From Camelus ferus (taxonomy: Eukaryota), in the NCBI RefSeq assembly GCF_009834535.1, contig NC_045696.1:74650001-74714000 (forward strand): DNA of 64,000 nucleotides, read 5' to 3'. Under the pieces are notes generated by a model. It saw only the letters and a program-made list of their open reading frames with translations. It searched no databases and was not told the origin of the DNA. Numbering within the stretch: the first letter of the stretch is position 1; each line of letters begins with the position of its first letter. Position numbers and translations under genes: made by a program. Shown here piece by piece: positions 25,913 through 39,189 of the stretch.

Positions 25913-27781
25913 GTCTAGAGCTGGGTGAACTGTCCAACTCTGAGTGTCTCACTGCCAAGAAAGTATCCCTTCAAGGACCTTTGGGGACACCAGGCAGGGC
26001 CTTAAGCCGTCAGAGCAGCCCACATCAAAACTGGCTGCACATACCACCGTCTGCGCATTTGCAGATGCTCCCCAGGTCCCACACCCGTCCACCTGTCCAC
26101 TCTGCCAGCCTCTGTCCATGACCAATTCCCACATCCCTCTGCTTGGTCCCCTGTGCTGACAGTCCTTAACCCCATATCCACTTTCATTTCACAGTGATTA
26201 GCATATTGCTCAATAAAATCTGTAGCTGTGAGAAACCCATGCTTCCTTCACTGGGGGCCACTACATTCAGAAGCTGAACCACGCATCCCTTGGCTCCTTG
26301 AGGGCAGGAAAATCACACTCATCACTGAACTGCAAAACCAGTACCTGAGCAGCACAGTGCAGGACTGAACAAACGTTTATGGAAGGAATGGTAAGTTTTA
26401 CATAGTTATTTGTGATTCATTTACATAGTTTAGTCTCTCAAACTGGTCCTCAGTGCCCTTCTGATCTGGATTTAAAATACTTCGTAGCACAGGCTCCACT
26501 TCAAGTCTTTGGCATAACCAAACAATGGGGTTCATCAAAAGAAAACCGATGGCCACGCACAGAGAAACAGCCTGAGGCACCAGCAGGAATACTAGCTTCT
26601 CAGGTGCGTTTGGCTAAAGTCAGGCTCTAAGCAGCACGACACCAGAACTCCTGCCTTCCAGAATCAGGCCAGCCTCACACGGGTCTTTAGGACAGCGGTG
26701 CCATCTCCACACCCCATCCCACCTTGGACCCCATCTGGCTCCTGCTTCCAGAGATCCCCAGCCCAGAATAGCCGATGTGTGCTTCTCTGCATGCTCTTAG
26801 CAAAGTAAGATTCTAATTATCATTTACAGGATGCATTGAGCAGAAACTTGACCAAGAGGCAAGACTTGATTTAGAAACCTGAAATTACAAGGAAGTCAAG
26901 AAATACCATACAGGGCACCTCCAAGGCTCTATAATGATTTCCTCTGACGACCACTCCCACCCCACCATCAAACCCTAAGAGAGAAGAGCAGCGTCAGAAG
27001 CCCCTGCATTGTTTAAACTTGCTCTTCAGTGCATCTGAATATAGATACGAGCGCTACAGAGCCATTCATTTATTGCTTTATGTTGTAGGACCCTGCGTAC
27101 GATTTAGAAATAACATCAAGGACAAAGTCACCTCTTTGTACACTGCCTGCCATTTAAAAGAATCAAAACAGTGGCAAATATAAAGGTCAAGGTTATAACA
27201 TGTTTCAGAAGGGCAAGTGAATAGTCACTTTAAATAAAAATACACCACATTGTCAATCGGTAGGTGTTCAAAGAACTTCGTTTACGCTGGGGTGTTCTTG
27301 GAGACCAGCCCCCGCTGGAGGACAGGAAGGGAGAGTGAGCCTGTGCCGCCACGCACTCAGGAAGGAGCGTCGCCACGTAACACTTGTTTGTGTAACTACA
27401 GGACCGTGTGGAAAACAAGCGGTCATTGCCTCAAAGAGAAACATGATGTAGGGAGACAGAGTCACAGCAAACCCTCGTCCAGGACAAATTACCTACTAAC
27501 ACGAGCTAAGACTGACTCACATTTGTGCACCAGGGAGACAAAAAGGACTAGAACACAGTATTTTCTAGAACGTTGATTATTTAAAGAAAAGAAATGAACT
27601 AAACTGTTTGTAATGGTGAAAAGAAATAACCAGCATGCTAAAGAACAGATCTGCTTAGTAATTCATGGTACATCCATGAAACATAACCCTCTTCAGCCAT
27701 TAAAAACTGACTTGAGTTGAGTATTTACTGATAGGAAAAGCCGTACATGGTATTCTTGGGTGAAGAAAGGAAGTAACAAAA

Positions 27782-27805
27782 GTGTGTGTGTGTGTGTGTG
27801 TGTGT
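27782..27805 (+). repeat. (GT)n microsatellite
   Basis: Directly visible. Confidence 0.9.
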
Positions 27806-28953
27806 TGTAATATACACAGCACACACGCTTCGTGGCATAGGATGTCATACCAGCACAGAGAAATGTGGGATTTTTTTTCTTCACATAATCTTTTGGCATT
27901 GTCTAATTTATTTTTCAGGAACATGGATTCACTTACTTTTTAATAATAAAAACAATATTTTTCTTAACTGAAAATATTTAGAATCAAAAAATGTGCATGG
28001 ACTAGAGTAGGCATTCGTTCAAATGTCCCCTTTTCTTAAACTAAGCTTTCCTTAGGCTTTTGCAACCCAACTTCACAGCTTTAAGGGGCTGTATATTCTC
28101 GCTACTCAAAGTAAAAGTGCAGGTTTGTAATAACTAAGAGATCATCTCGAAATGAGTAGCCAAGGAAACGCTGGGAACACACAAGTAAAAGAGAGGTGAT
28201 GTGGGAGGCAGACAAGAATGTGATTACAGCTGAGAAAAATGAAACTAATCAAGGACACCGTACTCCAGTTGGATGCCATCCAAGTTTACAAAAGGGGATG
28301 GTCTGTGCGGAGTCTGGAAAAGAAGTTGTGAGAGAGAATGAGGCTGTGATGTCTTCTCCGAGGGCAAGAGAAGTGGGGGGCGGGTGGAGATATGGGGCAG
28401 GAGGAGTTTACTCAGCAGAGAGACAAGCAGGCCTGCTGTCCTGATAACATTTACATCCTATCTAGGAGAGAGAGAAAATAAACAGAAGGAGACATACAAG
28501 ACAATTTCCAGCAGAAAGAAGAGTGATAGAGGAGCCTGAGGATGGAGACAGGAGAGCTGGGGTCTTGACACAGCACGGTGGGGATGGGGCATGGGGTGGG
28601 GGTGGGTCTCTGGGAGGGAGAGACCTCAGGATGAGGGGCCAGGCAAGCACAGTGGGAAGAGCGCCCTCTCTAGACGGAAAAGCACGTGCAGAGGCCACAG
28701 CTCCAAGAAAAGCTTGGCTATGCCCTCAAAGAACCGAAAGAAAGTCAGGGTGCTGGAGTCAAGGGACCGTGAGGAGAGGTCCGCAGAGGCCAGCAGAGTC
28801 AGCCTCACGGGCACGAGAGGAACAGGATACAAAAACCATGAGAGGGTTCCCAAGTCAGAAGCGCCACAACCTGATCTACATTTTTAAAGATCACTGTGTA
28901 CGGGGAGAGGATCCAAAGAACACATGGTCACAAGGCTACTGTATAGTCTGGAC

Positions 28954-29115
28954 CAGGGCTGTCCAATACAGTGGCCACTAGCCACATGTGCATATTTCAA
29001 TCTAAATTAATTTAAATTAGGTTAAATAAAAAATTCAGTTTCTTGACCGCACTGGCCACATTTCAAGTGTTCAATAGTCACACTTGGCTGGGGGTTACCA
29101 TATTGGACAGTGCAC
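28954..29115. mobile_element. MER3-like hAT MITE
   Basis: TIRs cagggctgtccaata...tattggacagtgca, with internal tggccactagccacatgtg and gccacatttcaagtg. Confidence 0.8.
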
Positions 29116-29664
29116 CGCATGGTTCATACAAACAGCCCTGTCTACCCAGGGCAAGATGGTGGCTCAGCCTGTGGGCGTGGCAGAAGGAAGAAGGGAGGGG
29201 CTCGTGGTAGACATGGGGAAACTGGGGCAGACTCAGGATATAACTTTAGGATACAGCCCTTCAGCATCGAAAACAGAACTGATGTAGAGGTGTGTGAAAA
29301 TGGGAGGAATCGAGGTCAACTCCTCCCTGTTTTGACTCATTACTTCATAAGACTACCCATCTCTCTCTGCTTAACTCTTGCTTTCATCAAGCAACCATCT
29401 GCCTATTAATTCAGCCTCCCGGGAACTTCCATATCTGAGCGGCACATATGAATATTCCAATGACCAGAGCACAGATTCCCAGTACAATCTGGCTTCTAGA
29501 GCAAAACAAACAGACCACAGTTTTAAAATACAAAATTTAAGTACACGCAGATGGCAAGCAAAAGTACAATAAAGTAAAACAACGTTTCAGATCAAGTGCA
29601 GCAAGCATTCAACCCACAGAAAAGGGAAATATGATGGAGAAAAAGCACTATCAAAAAAATACGA

Positions 29665-29782
29665 GGGGGGAAAGGTATAGTTCAAGTGGTAGAGCACATG
29701 CTTAGTATGCGCAAGGTCCTGGTACCTCTATTAAAAAAAAAATTTGAAGAAATCTAATTAACTCCCCCTGCCCCGCCAAAAA
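29665..29782 (+). mobile_element. Vic-1-type SINE with B-box deletion
   Basis: ggggggaaaggtatagttcaagtggtagagcacatgcttagtatgcgcaaggtcctgg^tacctc. It lacks the gttcaatccccag segment present in the other copies. Confidence 0.8.
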
Positions 29783-29786
29783 TCAT

Positions 29787-30571
29787 ATATAATCAGTCAT
29801 AATTCTAGTAACTGTAAACAAGTCTCTTTATCAATTACAGGTGTTTAACCATGTCTTTTTAAGTCTTGCCATTTATGGACAGTTAAACTGATGTTACAAA
29901 GGTGCTTCATCTTTAAAAAAATTCATTGGAAGTCCATGGAAACAGTGGGTAAAAATCACTTACACCACCATCTCATCTAAGCCAAGAACATAAAATACTA
30001 CGGGACTTAACTATACTAATAGATCTTAGTCCCCACACTATGTTCATAATTTATCTCTTCCATGGATCCAGATGACTGCTTCCTTGTTAAAATTCATCTG
30101 CTCTCAAATCTCTTATTGCACCTTCAGGATATATCTGGGTATGTGGCACTCCTCAAAATGAGGGCCCAAAGACAAGTGTACCCCAGTGTACTTCTCTTTA
30201 CATCGATAATACGTGGCAGGGGGAAACCTGTGCATTAAGACATTTGGTCTCATTTACAGTTAATAGTCATAATCCTACTCTTCCTCTTTAAACTTTTTAT
30301 CTTTAACCTCTTGGTAAAGTTTGTGTCTTCCAGGTTACAACAGTCCCACATCAGAAGACGGCTATGCAAGGATTCCAGCCCATACCACCCTCTGATGCAA
30401 AAACAAAAGACTGTCGTGCACCTGGGGCCCCTAGATTAGGTGTTCAGAGATTTTTACTCCCTGATAGGGAGGGTCCATGTCCCTACTCAGCCCAGAAGTA
30501 GTTTTGGAAGACAGACAGTCGCCCCTCTGCACCCCCAAAAGATTATGGGAGTAAAATCTCTGAGGGGGGAA
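29787..30571 (+). mobile_element. Class I (gamma-like) ERV internal 3' region with deleted env remnant and PPT
   Basis: IAPSGYIWVCGT (~30115-30150) is SU-like. LIVIILLFLFKLFIFNLLVKFVSSRLQQ (~30260-30343) resembles the gamma-type TM membrane anchor and cytoplasmic start. A polypurine tract GAGGGGGGAA lies at 30562-30571. Confidence 0.75.
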
Positions 30572-31111
30572 TGAGACAGGAAGGAACGGGGCAGGGCACA
30601 GGCATTCAAGGAATAATGCAGCAATTAACACCAAAATGGTGGAAAATTCAACCCCCTAGTAGGCCTTGAGGCCCAAGATGGAGGGAGGTTCGACTTCCAG
30701 TAGACCTTGAGCTTCATTATATGTTCATTGTAACATTAACACGGTAAATGACACTCCCACAGGCACCATGACAGCTTCAAGGCTGACCAAAAACGTCAGA
30801 GTGGGTGGTGGCTCAACTCCTGGGAATCCCAACCCCTTCCCTGAAGTAGTTGGAATAATCTTCCCACTTGTTAGCATTTGAAGTTAGCAAGCCCATAAAA
30901 ACTAGCAACACCGCCCTGAAGGCCTCTCTTGCTCCCTCATCTTCAGAGAAGGCCCACACTCTGTCTATGGAATGTGTATCTACTTTTACTTTAACCTGAG
31001 CACCCACCCCCACACCTCGTGGCCTTTCTCTCACCTTCTGAAACAGCCTGCACTCTATGTAGTATGTATCTCTCTAAATAAGTCTATCTTTACTCAAAAA
31101 AAAAAAAAAAA
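30572..31111 (+). mobile_element. ERV 3' LTR truncated at the poly(A) site, plus A16 tail
   Basis: Starts with TG immediately after the PPT. AATAAG at 31077-31082 is followed 13 nt later by A16 (31096-31111). No U5-like continuation is visible. Confidence 0.8.
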
Positions 31112-31374
31112 TCATGATCATGAGGAAAAGACTCAAACAGTTCACTAGTAGAACAGAACTACCAGAATACAGTAGTTGCAAAATGCAAAAACTTGTTTTC
31201 AACAGCAAATCCACTGAAATAAATTTGTCCCTATTAGCTAAGTAGGAAAAAAAATGCATATAATCCCAAGAGATAGCTCAACATTGATAAATCATGCTTG
31301 TGGCCATGAAATGTTAAGGAAAAATAGAAATGTCAATGCAGTAATGATTCTTCCAGTTTGCTCTGACTTGCATG

Positions 31375-31418
31375 TTCTCTCTGCAGAGAACTCCTATTCT
31401 CTCTGCAGAGAACTCCTA
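31375..31418 (+). repeat. Perfect 22-bp tandem duplication
   Basis: TTCTCTCTGCAGAGAACTCCTA x2. Confidence 0.95.
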
Positions 31419-33122
31419 CACCTCGGAGCTGCATGGCTAAAGGCACAGTCCGAGCAGCTTTTGACACATTATAAATGTATTGTTCCACTGAGGCATCATT
31501 TATTAACTTTTTTCCTGAGTAGAAAACTAAATCCTTAAAAAAAAAACAAAACTAAATCCTTGCTCTGGGTATTTGGAGCAATGAGGATGCTGTCACCTGA
31601 ACAGCTGGGAAGGGTTCAGGCGGGGCACCAGGAGCAGCGACTACGATGCTCACAGGACAAATGGGCAAAATAAAAATCATCAGAGGATGAAGACACTAAG
31701 GTGAGCATCTTCAGCAATGCTAAATTGAAGCTATAATACAGCTAAGTCATTCCCAACTTACATCTAAAAAAACAAAAAGTGTGAAACCACCTTGTCAAAG
31801 GTAAAAACCTTTTATAGACATTTCTTATTATTTTTAAAAAGAGATGATTTTCTTCAGGATGCATTTCCCCTGATAAACTGCATTCAACACGAGGATTAGG
31901 TTTCCATGCTAACCCATAAAAGCCCATCAGCATGTACTGAACTTGAGTCTGAATAATAGCCCTGAACAGAGTTCCCCACAAGGAGGCCAGCAAACACAAA
32001 GCTCTCGCTCTAGGACAGAGCCTCACAAAGAATTACCAAGTACAAGACGTCCCTTTATGGTAATCCCCAAACCCCCTAAATCCCATTTCACCTTCTTAGA
32101 GGGACCCCTCTTCTGCATCTCACTAAAGAGATGGAGCTCAACAAGTAACATTTCATGTGCAGCCGTGATTACAACAACCGTGCAAGGGAGGTCCTACAGA
32201 AGGGAAAACCAAGGCTCAGAGAAGTTCAGTAAAACTAAGGCACTTGCTGAAGTCATGTTGCTATTAAGTAATAAGAAGCGGGGCAGATTTGAACCTAGGC
32301 CAGTCTGGTCCCCCACATGCTACCGAGTGCAACTGAGAAGCAGATGTCATTTTGGTGGCAGGTGCCAGGTGGGCGGCTGTCAGCAAGCACACGTCGTCTT
32401 GGGGAAAAGAGCAGTTTCTTCTTTTTTTTCAAGGCTCTTTCATTCCAGGAAAGCAAAAGGGGCAGGCAAAGGAGAGCCACCCTGCTCAAGTTAGTAGCCT
32501 ATACCAGGTGCCCTGCCAGGCTTTTCTGCAAGGGAGGGAAGAAGCTTCAGCAGGCCCTGCCGGCTCCCCTCCCCAGACTCGAAAGGACAGCTGGAGTCCT
32601 TGGAGGTGGCCATTCTCAGCTGATAGCTTCCTGACAACCACAGGGGCAAGGACCCACCAAGCTGCGCTCCGAGATGCTGGTAAAGTAGCTACAGGGTTCG
32701 GCGGCCTCCTCAGCGTGCCCACCCTCATCCGCTTCAGCCACTCAACCATATCTGTCAGTGGTCCTGCTCAGCTGCCTGGGGGTCTGGAGAGAGAGGCCAC
32801 ACCAACGCGCTGGAAGCACTGCCCCAGGCTCCAGTCTGAGTGTCTCTGGAACATGGCTAATCAGTGGACGGGCAAGAGGCCTATGCCAGTCACTGCTTCC
32901 CCCATAACCTGGGGGAAGATCCCAGGGGCAAAGAGGTGGAGCCCTGGGGCCCTTCAAAAGGAATTGCTACTCACAAATCCAGGGTCTCTAAACTAAGGAC
33001 TGCCAGATTCTGTAGTCTGAACCCTGACCCCTGAGCTCCGTGCCAGTCCCACATCTTCCGCACGGGCATGCAATACTTGCCCACTCACACCTGACTATTT
33101 CACCTTCTTCATCTGTGTCCTT

Positions 33123-33282
33123 TTGTTTGGTTGGTTGGTTGGTTTTGGGGGGGGGGTGGTAATTAGATTTGTTTGTTTGTTTGTTTGTTTGTTTCTAATG
33201 GAGGTACTGGGGATTGAACCTGGGACCTCATGCAGGCTAACTAAGCAAGCACTCTACCACTGAGCTATACCCGCCACCCTGC
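33123..33282 (-). mobile_element. Vic-1-type SINE
   Basis: The reverse complement reads GGGTATAGCTCAGTGGTAGAGTGCTTGCTTAG...GGTTCAATCCCCAGTACCTCC. Perfect 14-bp TSD TCATCTGTGTCCTT at 33109-33122 and 33283-33296. Confidence 0.88.
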
Positions 33283-35446
33283 TCATCTGTGTCCTTGACA
33301 GGCTCCATCTCCCAAGGTGCCAGCCATGAAGTCATCTTTAACTTCTCCCACGCCTTCACCCACTGCACTAAGCGACTCCGTCACTAAGTTGGGCCCTATC
33401 TTTCATCAGAATCTCCACTGAGGTTAGTCCCTCCACCCCACCTCTATCCCCACTGCCATCACTCTCATGAAAGCACCCCCCACCAATATTACAGGAGATT
33501 CCTAGCTGAATTCCCAAGGTCTCCCCACATCCAAACCTACTCCTCATTCCATTCCCAGAACAGAGGCACCACATAACCACTGCCTCACGCTGTTCTCTTG
33601 ATCCTAACTGGCCAGCCCTTCTGGTTTAACCTGATCAAGACAATCTCCTTTATAACCCACAGAGGTCTCAGCCTTGCTTTTCAATCTCCCCAGCAATCCT
33701 CTCTTCCAGAAGCCAGTTAAGTCTCTCACATACATGCAGGGCTTGGTCCCACCTCCATGCCTTCGTCCTCTCCCTCCCCCAAAATGCCACCTCTTCAGAC
33801 CCCATCCAGTTGTCCATACCAGTAACTTCTAGATTTTACTGATTATTCCTGTGCCTGAAAGCTCCACTCACACATTACAAGAGCCACACTGTTTAAAACT
33901 TAAATATCCTGTAACTGCTTCAGGGTCCAACCTCATGACATGTCAGGGCTTACGTTCCACCTCTGTCAGGAACCAGTGTTTGGACAAGCTACCTAATCTC
34001 CCTGACTCTCAGTTTTCTCTTCTGTAAAATGGGACAACAATGGTAACTATAATTTATTAGCCAGTTACTACTGTAATTAAATGAGATGATGTATATAAAA
34101 ATACCTAGTATAGGCTTTGCCTCATTACAGACACGCAAAATCGGTGCTCACACTCCACCGTGATAGAAAGACTCCCATCATACTCTCCTCTCCTGGGGCC
34201 TCTGTTTCTCTCCTAAATACTCACACCTCCCGACCCCCTATCACACAGAGCGCAGTCCTGTGTACCTAGTAGGCTCTAAATAAGTATCAGTACTTGCTAC
34301 TTACCGCAAAACAAAGGTTTTATTTTTAATCTTATCACAGGAAGCACATACTATTCTGCCCCTCAAGCAACATCTCTGATCTAGAAGCATGTTCAGCTTC
34401 ATTAAATTCTCGTCATTATTGCGTTGTCCTACTGTTCCAGCTCGAAACTAGGTGCTCCTGTTCACACCTGCCCTGCACGTGGGGACAAGGGGAGTCCTGG
34501 GCTGACCCCCTCTAACACTGAATGTGAACCGTGGTGGCACAGAGGCCTGGGCCACGTCCACGGAGATCAGCTCTCTTGTCATCTCCCTGAGGAGCGGTAC
34601 ATGTGAGCATGTCTACCAAGACCCCGGGGCATCTAGAATCACCATCTACAAAACACGCAGACAAGTACCCAAGACACTTTTCCCCAGCTTGTCAAGGGTC
34701 AAGCTTACGACTTTCCAGACAATATGATAAAATGAAAATATGGCAGTGGTTATTTTCAATAACATTTTTTATTCCAAAGCATATGTTCATGGTTTTTAAA
34801 AAATAGAAAAAAAAATAGGAAAGATGCAGCCTTACTAGGTTCACAAATGGCACAGTTTTCAGTCCTCAACTCTTTTCTCTTTGATTCTGTAACACCTTCT
34901 GTGTCTTCAACAATCAGTATTCCAACCATGATAGAGATCTACAGAGTGCTTTGAAAGCACAGGAAAATAAGTCTCTAACCCAGCTTGGGGGGTTGGGGGA
35001 AAGGACCCCATGAGAACACCTGAGCTGGTTTTTAGGGATGGGTGGGTTTCCCAGGTGGTGAGGGGTTGGGAGAAGGCATTCCAGGCCAAGGGAAGAGCAC
35101 GGGCCAACGCGTAGGGCAGAGAAAGCACGGAGCACATGCAGAACATAAAGTCCTTCAGGCCAAAGGGAATGGGGCCAGAGGGCAGGTGCCAAGGGACAAC
35201 CTAGCAAGGAAAGCTGGAAATTTCGAAAATTTCTAGGCAGGGAAATGATATGTTAAGACCCATGCTTTAGAGAAACAATGAGAGTGCAAAGTGACAGGGA
35301 GGAGGGAGGCAAGGGGGTCAGTTAACGGGCTTCCGCCAGAGTCCAGGCAAGGGATGATGAGGGCCTGAGCCCCAGCAGTGGAGAAGGAGAGAGGAGGACA
35401 AGCCGGAACCTGGTCACTAATGGGACGTGATGTAAAAGAGAGGGGA

Positions 35447-35865
35447 TGCCCCCATGTGCATAGCAGCATTATTCAAACAGCTAAAAGGTGGAAGCCATCA
35501 AGTGTCCACTGACAGATGAATGGATAAACAAAATGTGGTGTATATGTACAATGGAATATTATTCAGCTTTAAAAGGGAAAGAAATTCTGACACATGCTAC
35601 AACATGGGTGAACCCTGAAAACATGGTACATGAAATAAGCCAGTCACAAAAAGATAAATACTGCATGATCTCCCTTTATAAGGTACCTAGAAGACAGAAG
35701 GGACGCAGGAGGAATGGGGAGTTATTGTTTAATGGGGACAGAGTTTCAGTTGCACATGAAGAGTTCCAGAGATGGACAGTGGTGATGGCTGTACAATGGG
35801 AATATACTTAATACCACTGACGGGTAGGCTAAAGATCGTAAATTTTACACAACTATTTAAAAACA
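35447..35865 (+). mobile_element. L1MB-type 3' fragment
   Basis: The ORF2 end (KCPLTDEWINKMWCICTMEYYSALK) is followed by 3'UTR. Confidence 0.85.
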
Positions 35866-36671
35866 GAGAGAGGGAGCAGGAGGTAGAGTGGATGATACTG
35901 TACATCTCCCAGCCCAGGGCACTGAATGCAAGACAGCACCTTTAACTGAGCTCCAGTCCAGAGGAAGAAGAATGCAGGGGAGTGAAAAGAGAATGCACAG
36001 TTGCACAGAAGTCCAGATTCAGTATGGCTGAGATCACAAACATTCCCAGCAAGGCTCCCAGACAGGATCAGCATCATCTCTTACATTCCAAAGCTCTAAA
36101 AATGATACAACTTTAAAGGTAATTAATTAATTGCTGCCAAAAAGAGACAGCAAGTGACTTATTGATTATTAGTTTGGAAAAGCAGGACTCTAGGGTACAT
36201 AGGCCTGATTACATCCATACATCAATTTCACTCCTTTCTGAAGCTCAAATAAAAGAACACTTAGGAGATTTTTTTTTAAAAAACATAAACCACAAAATCT
36301 GGAAACTGGACTCCATATGGATAAGTGCTTAAAAAGACTAAGATGAGCTGACAAAGCCGAATCCTAGGCCTGCAAGTGGGAAAGTCATGATCCAATCTGA
36401 TTTACACCCCAGAATTTCCAAAAGACTCCAGAACTGGCAGCTCCAGCTGATTCTGAAATTAGGGTGAAAAAGAAGCTAAAATAAGGGGGAAGGGTTGAAA
36501 AATCTGTGTAGGTAGCACTCAGAGCCCCAGACCCCTCTGCTACTCCAAGCAGTCCCCTCCACACCAGAAAACTACTGATTTATTCTCTAAAGTAGGTAAA
36601 AACAAAGGACTCAGGTCTGTGGGACAATGGGCTCAGTTAAGAATAGAGGTATTATAATACACGGAGACTTA

Positions 36672-37130
36672 GACATGTATCCAGAACTGGTCAGAAAACT
36701 ACAAACTATTCTAAGTATTTCAAGCAGGAAAGGATGTAACATAGGAAATTAGAGGCTTACAAAATCATGGGAAGAGCTGTGAAAGCCAAGGTCAGAGAAA
36801 TCACTACTCAAGTTCAGGAAATCAGGATGAACAAGGATCACAAGAAGCTGAACAGACGACCCCAGCTCTCCCATAACCAAGGTGGCTCTGAGTCCCAGGA
36901 AGACACTCAGAAGCTGATAGGGAAATCTCACATCTGCCATGTACATTAGCAATAGTGACTTCTCCTTCTCTTCGGCCTTCCAGATCTCTCTGGCAGAATC
37001 AAAATCAGAATCGTGCTGTCAAAGGATTCCAGGAAATGTAGTGTCCAGGTTCCTAGCCCCTGCAACATGGGAGAAAGCTTAGCAAAACAGGGATCAGGTT
37101 GAGAGCCAGGAGACAATATCCAGCTGGTAT
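36672..37130. mobile_element. Probable ancient LTR remnant
   Basis: General resemblance to old mammalian LTRs. The family was not determined. Confidence 0.35.
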
Positions 37131-37603
37131 TCAATATCCAGATACTGAGACCACCCTCAGCTTCTTCTCCCGCTCAGCTCCCTGAATCCAGCAGATAAGT
37201 GTTCAGTTTTCAGGCATGAGATGACAGAAGTCTCCTAACCAGTGGCCAAAGAAAAAAAATCAGGATGCTAAAATTTAAGGTTCCCCAAAGAAACAGCCCA
37301 GCCATACCACCCTACAGTAAAGCTTACAGTCACCTGAATGAAGAATTCCCATCTCTGAAAGAGCCAACACTTCCCAGCCTGAGTAGCTGCAGTTTTTTTT
37401 TTCCAAAAGGAGTCAAATTCTCTAAATTTTAATTTGCTTAAAAAAGAATGTACATGTGGAATATGACATTATGGTTGAGCTAAGATTAACAACAAGTTAT
37501 TCAATCACCACAAATATGAAAATGTGAACCCACAAAAACCACAATGCAGGTGGAGTTTGTCACTGGAATAACCAGTTGTATTTTTCTTGCCTAAACTCTA
37601 GAA

Positions 37604-37930
37604 CTTTGGTTTTCAAGGTACGGCCTGGGAATCCCGTGATGCCCCAAGACCCTTCAAGTGATCTGGGAGGTCAAAACTATTTTCATAACACGAACTTATC
37701 TGCCTTTTTCACTCCCATTCTCCCATGAGCTTTCAGTGGCATTTTTCAGAGTCTACATGACATTCGAAGGCATCATCACTCTAACAGCTAACGGAATGGA
37801 AGTTGTTTTAAGTTTTTCTGTCTTAATTTCTAATATGGTAAATATCAATGGATAGAAACCACACAAAAGCTCTCTGGCATCCTCAAAAATATTTAAGAGA
37901 ATAAAGGGGCAAAAAGCTTGAGAATTGTTG
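37604..37930 (+). mobile_element. Charlie1-derived hAT element
   Basis: gaggtcaaaactattttcataa...tgcctttttcactcccattctcccatgag...ctacatgac matches the recalled Charlie1 5' end. Confidence 0.7.
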
Positions 37931-38211
37931 CTAGAAAACAACTTTTTAGTTGCTTTTGGAAGGGAACTTTTGATATGTGAAACCAATTAGATTTAGTTTA
38001 AATTTACATCCTCAAAGAGAAAAAAAAATCTGTAAGTTCCTAAATTTTGCTTTACTATCTTATATCTGTTTAACCATTAGGAGGAGGATTTTTCCACATA
38101 GATCCTAAATTAAATTATTTTTTCCCCTGGGAAACAAGTAGGTACCATGATGGCAAGTCTCATTGCCTAGAAGGCAGCATACATAGCACAATAGTAAAAA
38201 GCACAGATTCT

Positions 38212-38710
38212 ACAGGGACTCAAGCAGATACTTGTACATCACTGATCACAGCAGCTTTATTCATGATGGCCAAAAGGTGGAAGCAACTCGTATGTCCATC
38301 GACAGAAGAATGGATAAACAAAACGTGGTCTACACAAACTACACAACATTATTTGGCCTTAAAAATGGAAGGAAATTCTGATACCTACTACAACATAGAT
38401 GAAACCTGAAGATATGCTAAGTGAAACAAACCATACACAAAAGGACAAATACTGTCTGATTCTACTTTTATGAGATACTTAGAATAAGCAAATTAACACA
38501 GACAGAAAATAGAACAGTGGTTACCAGAGGCTGGAGGCAGGGGGGATGGGAAGTTATTGCTTCATGGGTATAGAGTTTCAGTTTGAGATGATAAAAAAGT
38601 TCTGGAGATGGATGGTGGTGATGGTTGCACAACAATGTGAATGTACTCATGGCACTGAGCAGTACAATTAACACGGTTAAGATGGTATAAACAAGGGACA
38701 AAAAAAGGAG
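38212..38710 (+). mobile_element. L1MB-type 3' fragment inserted into a MIR (MIR halves at ~38175-38210 and ~38715-38905)
   Basis: L1 3' motifs (gatggatggtggtgatggttgcacaacaatgtgaatg). The MIR core ttcagtttcctcatctgcaaaatg follows downstream. Confidence 0.8.
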
Positions 38711-38908
38711 AAATTCTTGAGCCAGACAATCTGGATTCAAATCTCAGCTCTACCATTTATTGTCTGTATAACTTTTTGTGCTTCAGTTTCCTCATCTGCA
38801 AAATGATGATAACAATATATACAGCATAAGGTTGTCAAGAGGATGACATGAGTTACTATATGAATAAATATGTTTAGAATGATGCCTGGTACCTAGTAAG
38901 CGCCCTAT

Positions 38909-39101
38909 CACTGGATCTCAAACTTCTGCACGTGTCAGAATTAGCTGGTGAGTTTATATGAACACAGGTTGCTAGACCCCATCCCCAGAGTGTCTGTTTC
39001 AGTGGGTCTGGGATGGGATCCAAGAATCTGCATTTCTAACAGGGTCCCAGGGCACGCCAGTGCTGCTGGTCCAGCCAGGATGCATACATTGGGAACCACT
39101 G
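38909..39101. mobile_element. MER5A hAT MITE
   Basis: cagtgggtctgggatgggatccaagaatctgcatttctaaca...gggaaccactg. Confidence 0.85.
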
Positions 39102-39189
39102 CTCTGTACAAATATTAGCTGTCATTATTATTAGCAGTAATGTCTTAGGTAGTACCAGGCAGATCCATAAATATTTGTAGAAGGAAGGA

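Noticed and set aside
31943..32996. 183-aa and 214-aa plus-strand ORFs
   Set aside because: They have non-ATG starts, overlap a MIR-like fragment, run antisense to USP13 and show no domain resemblance.
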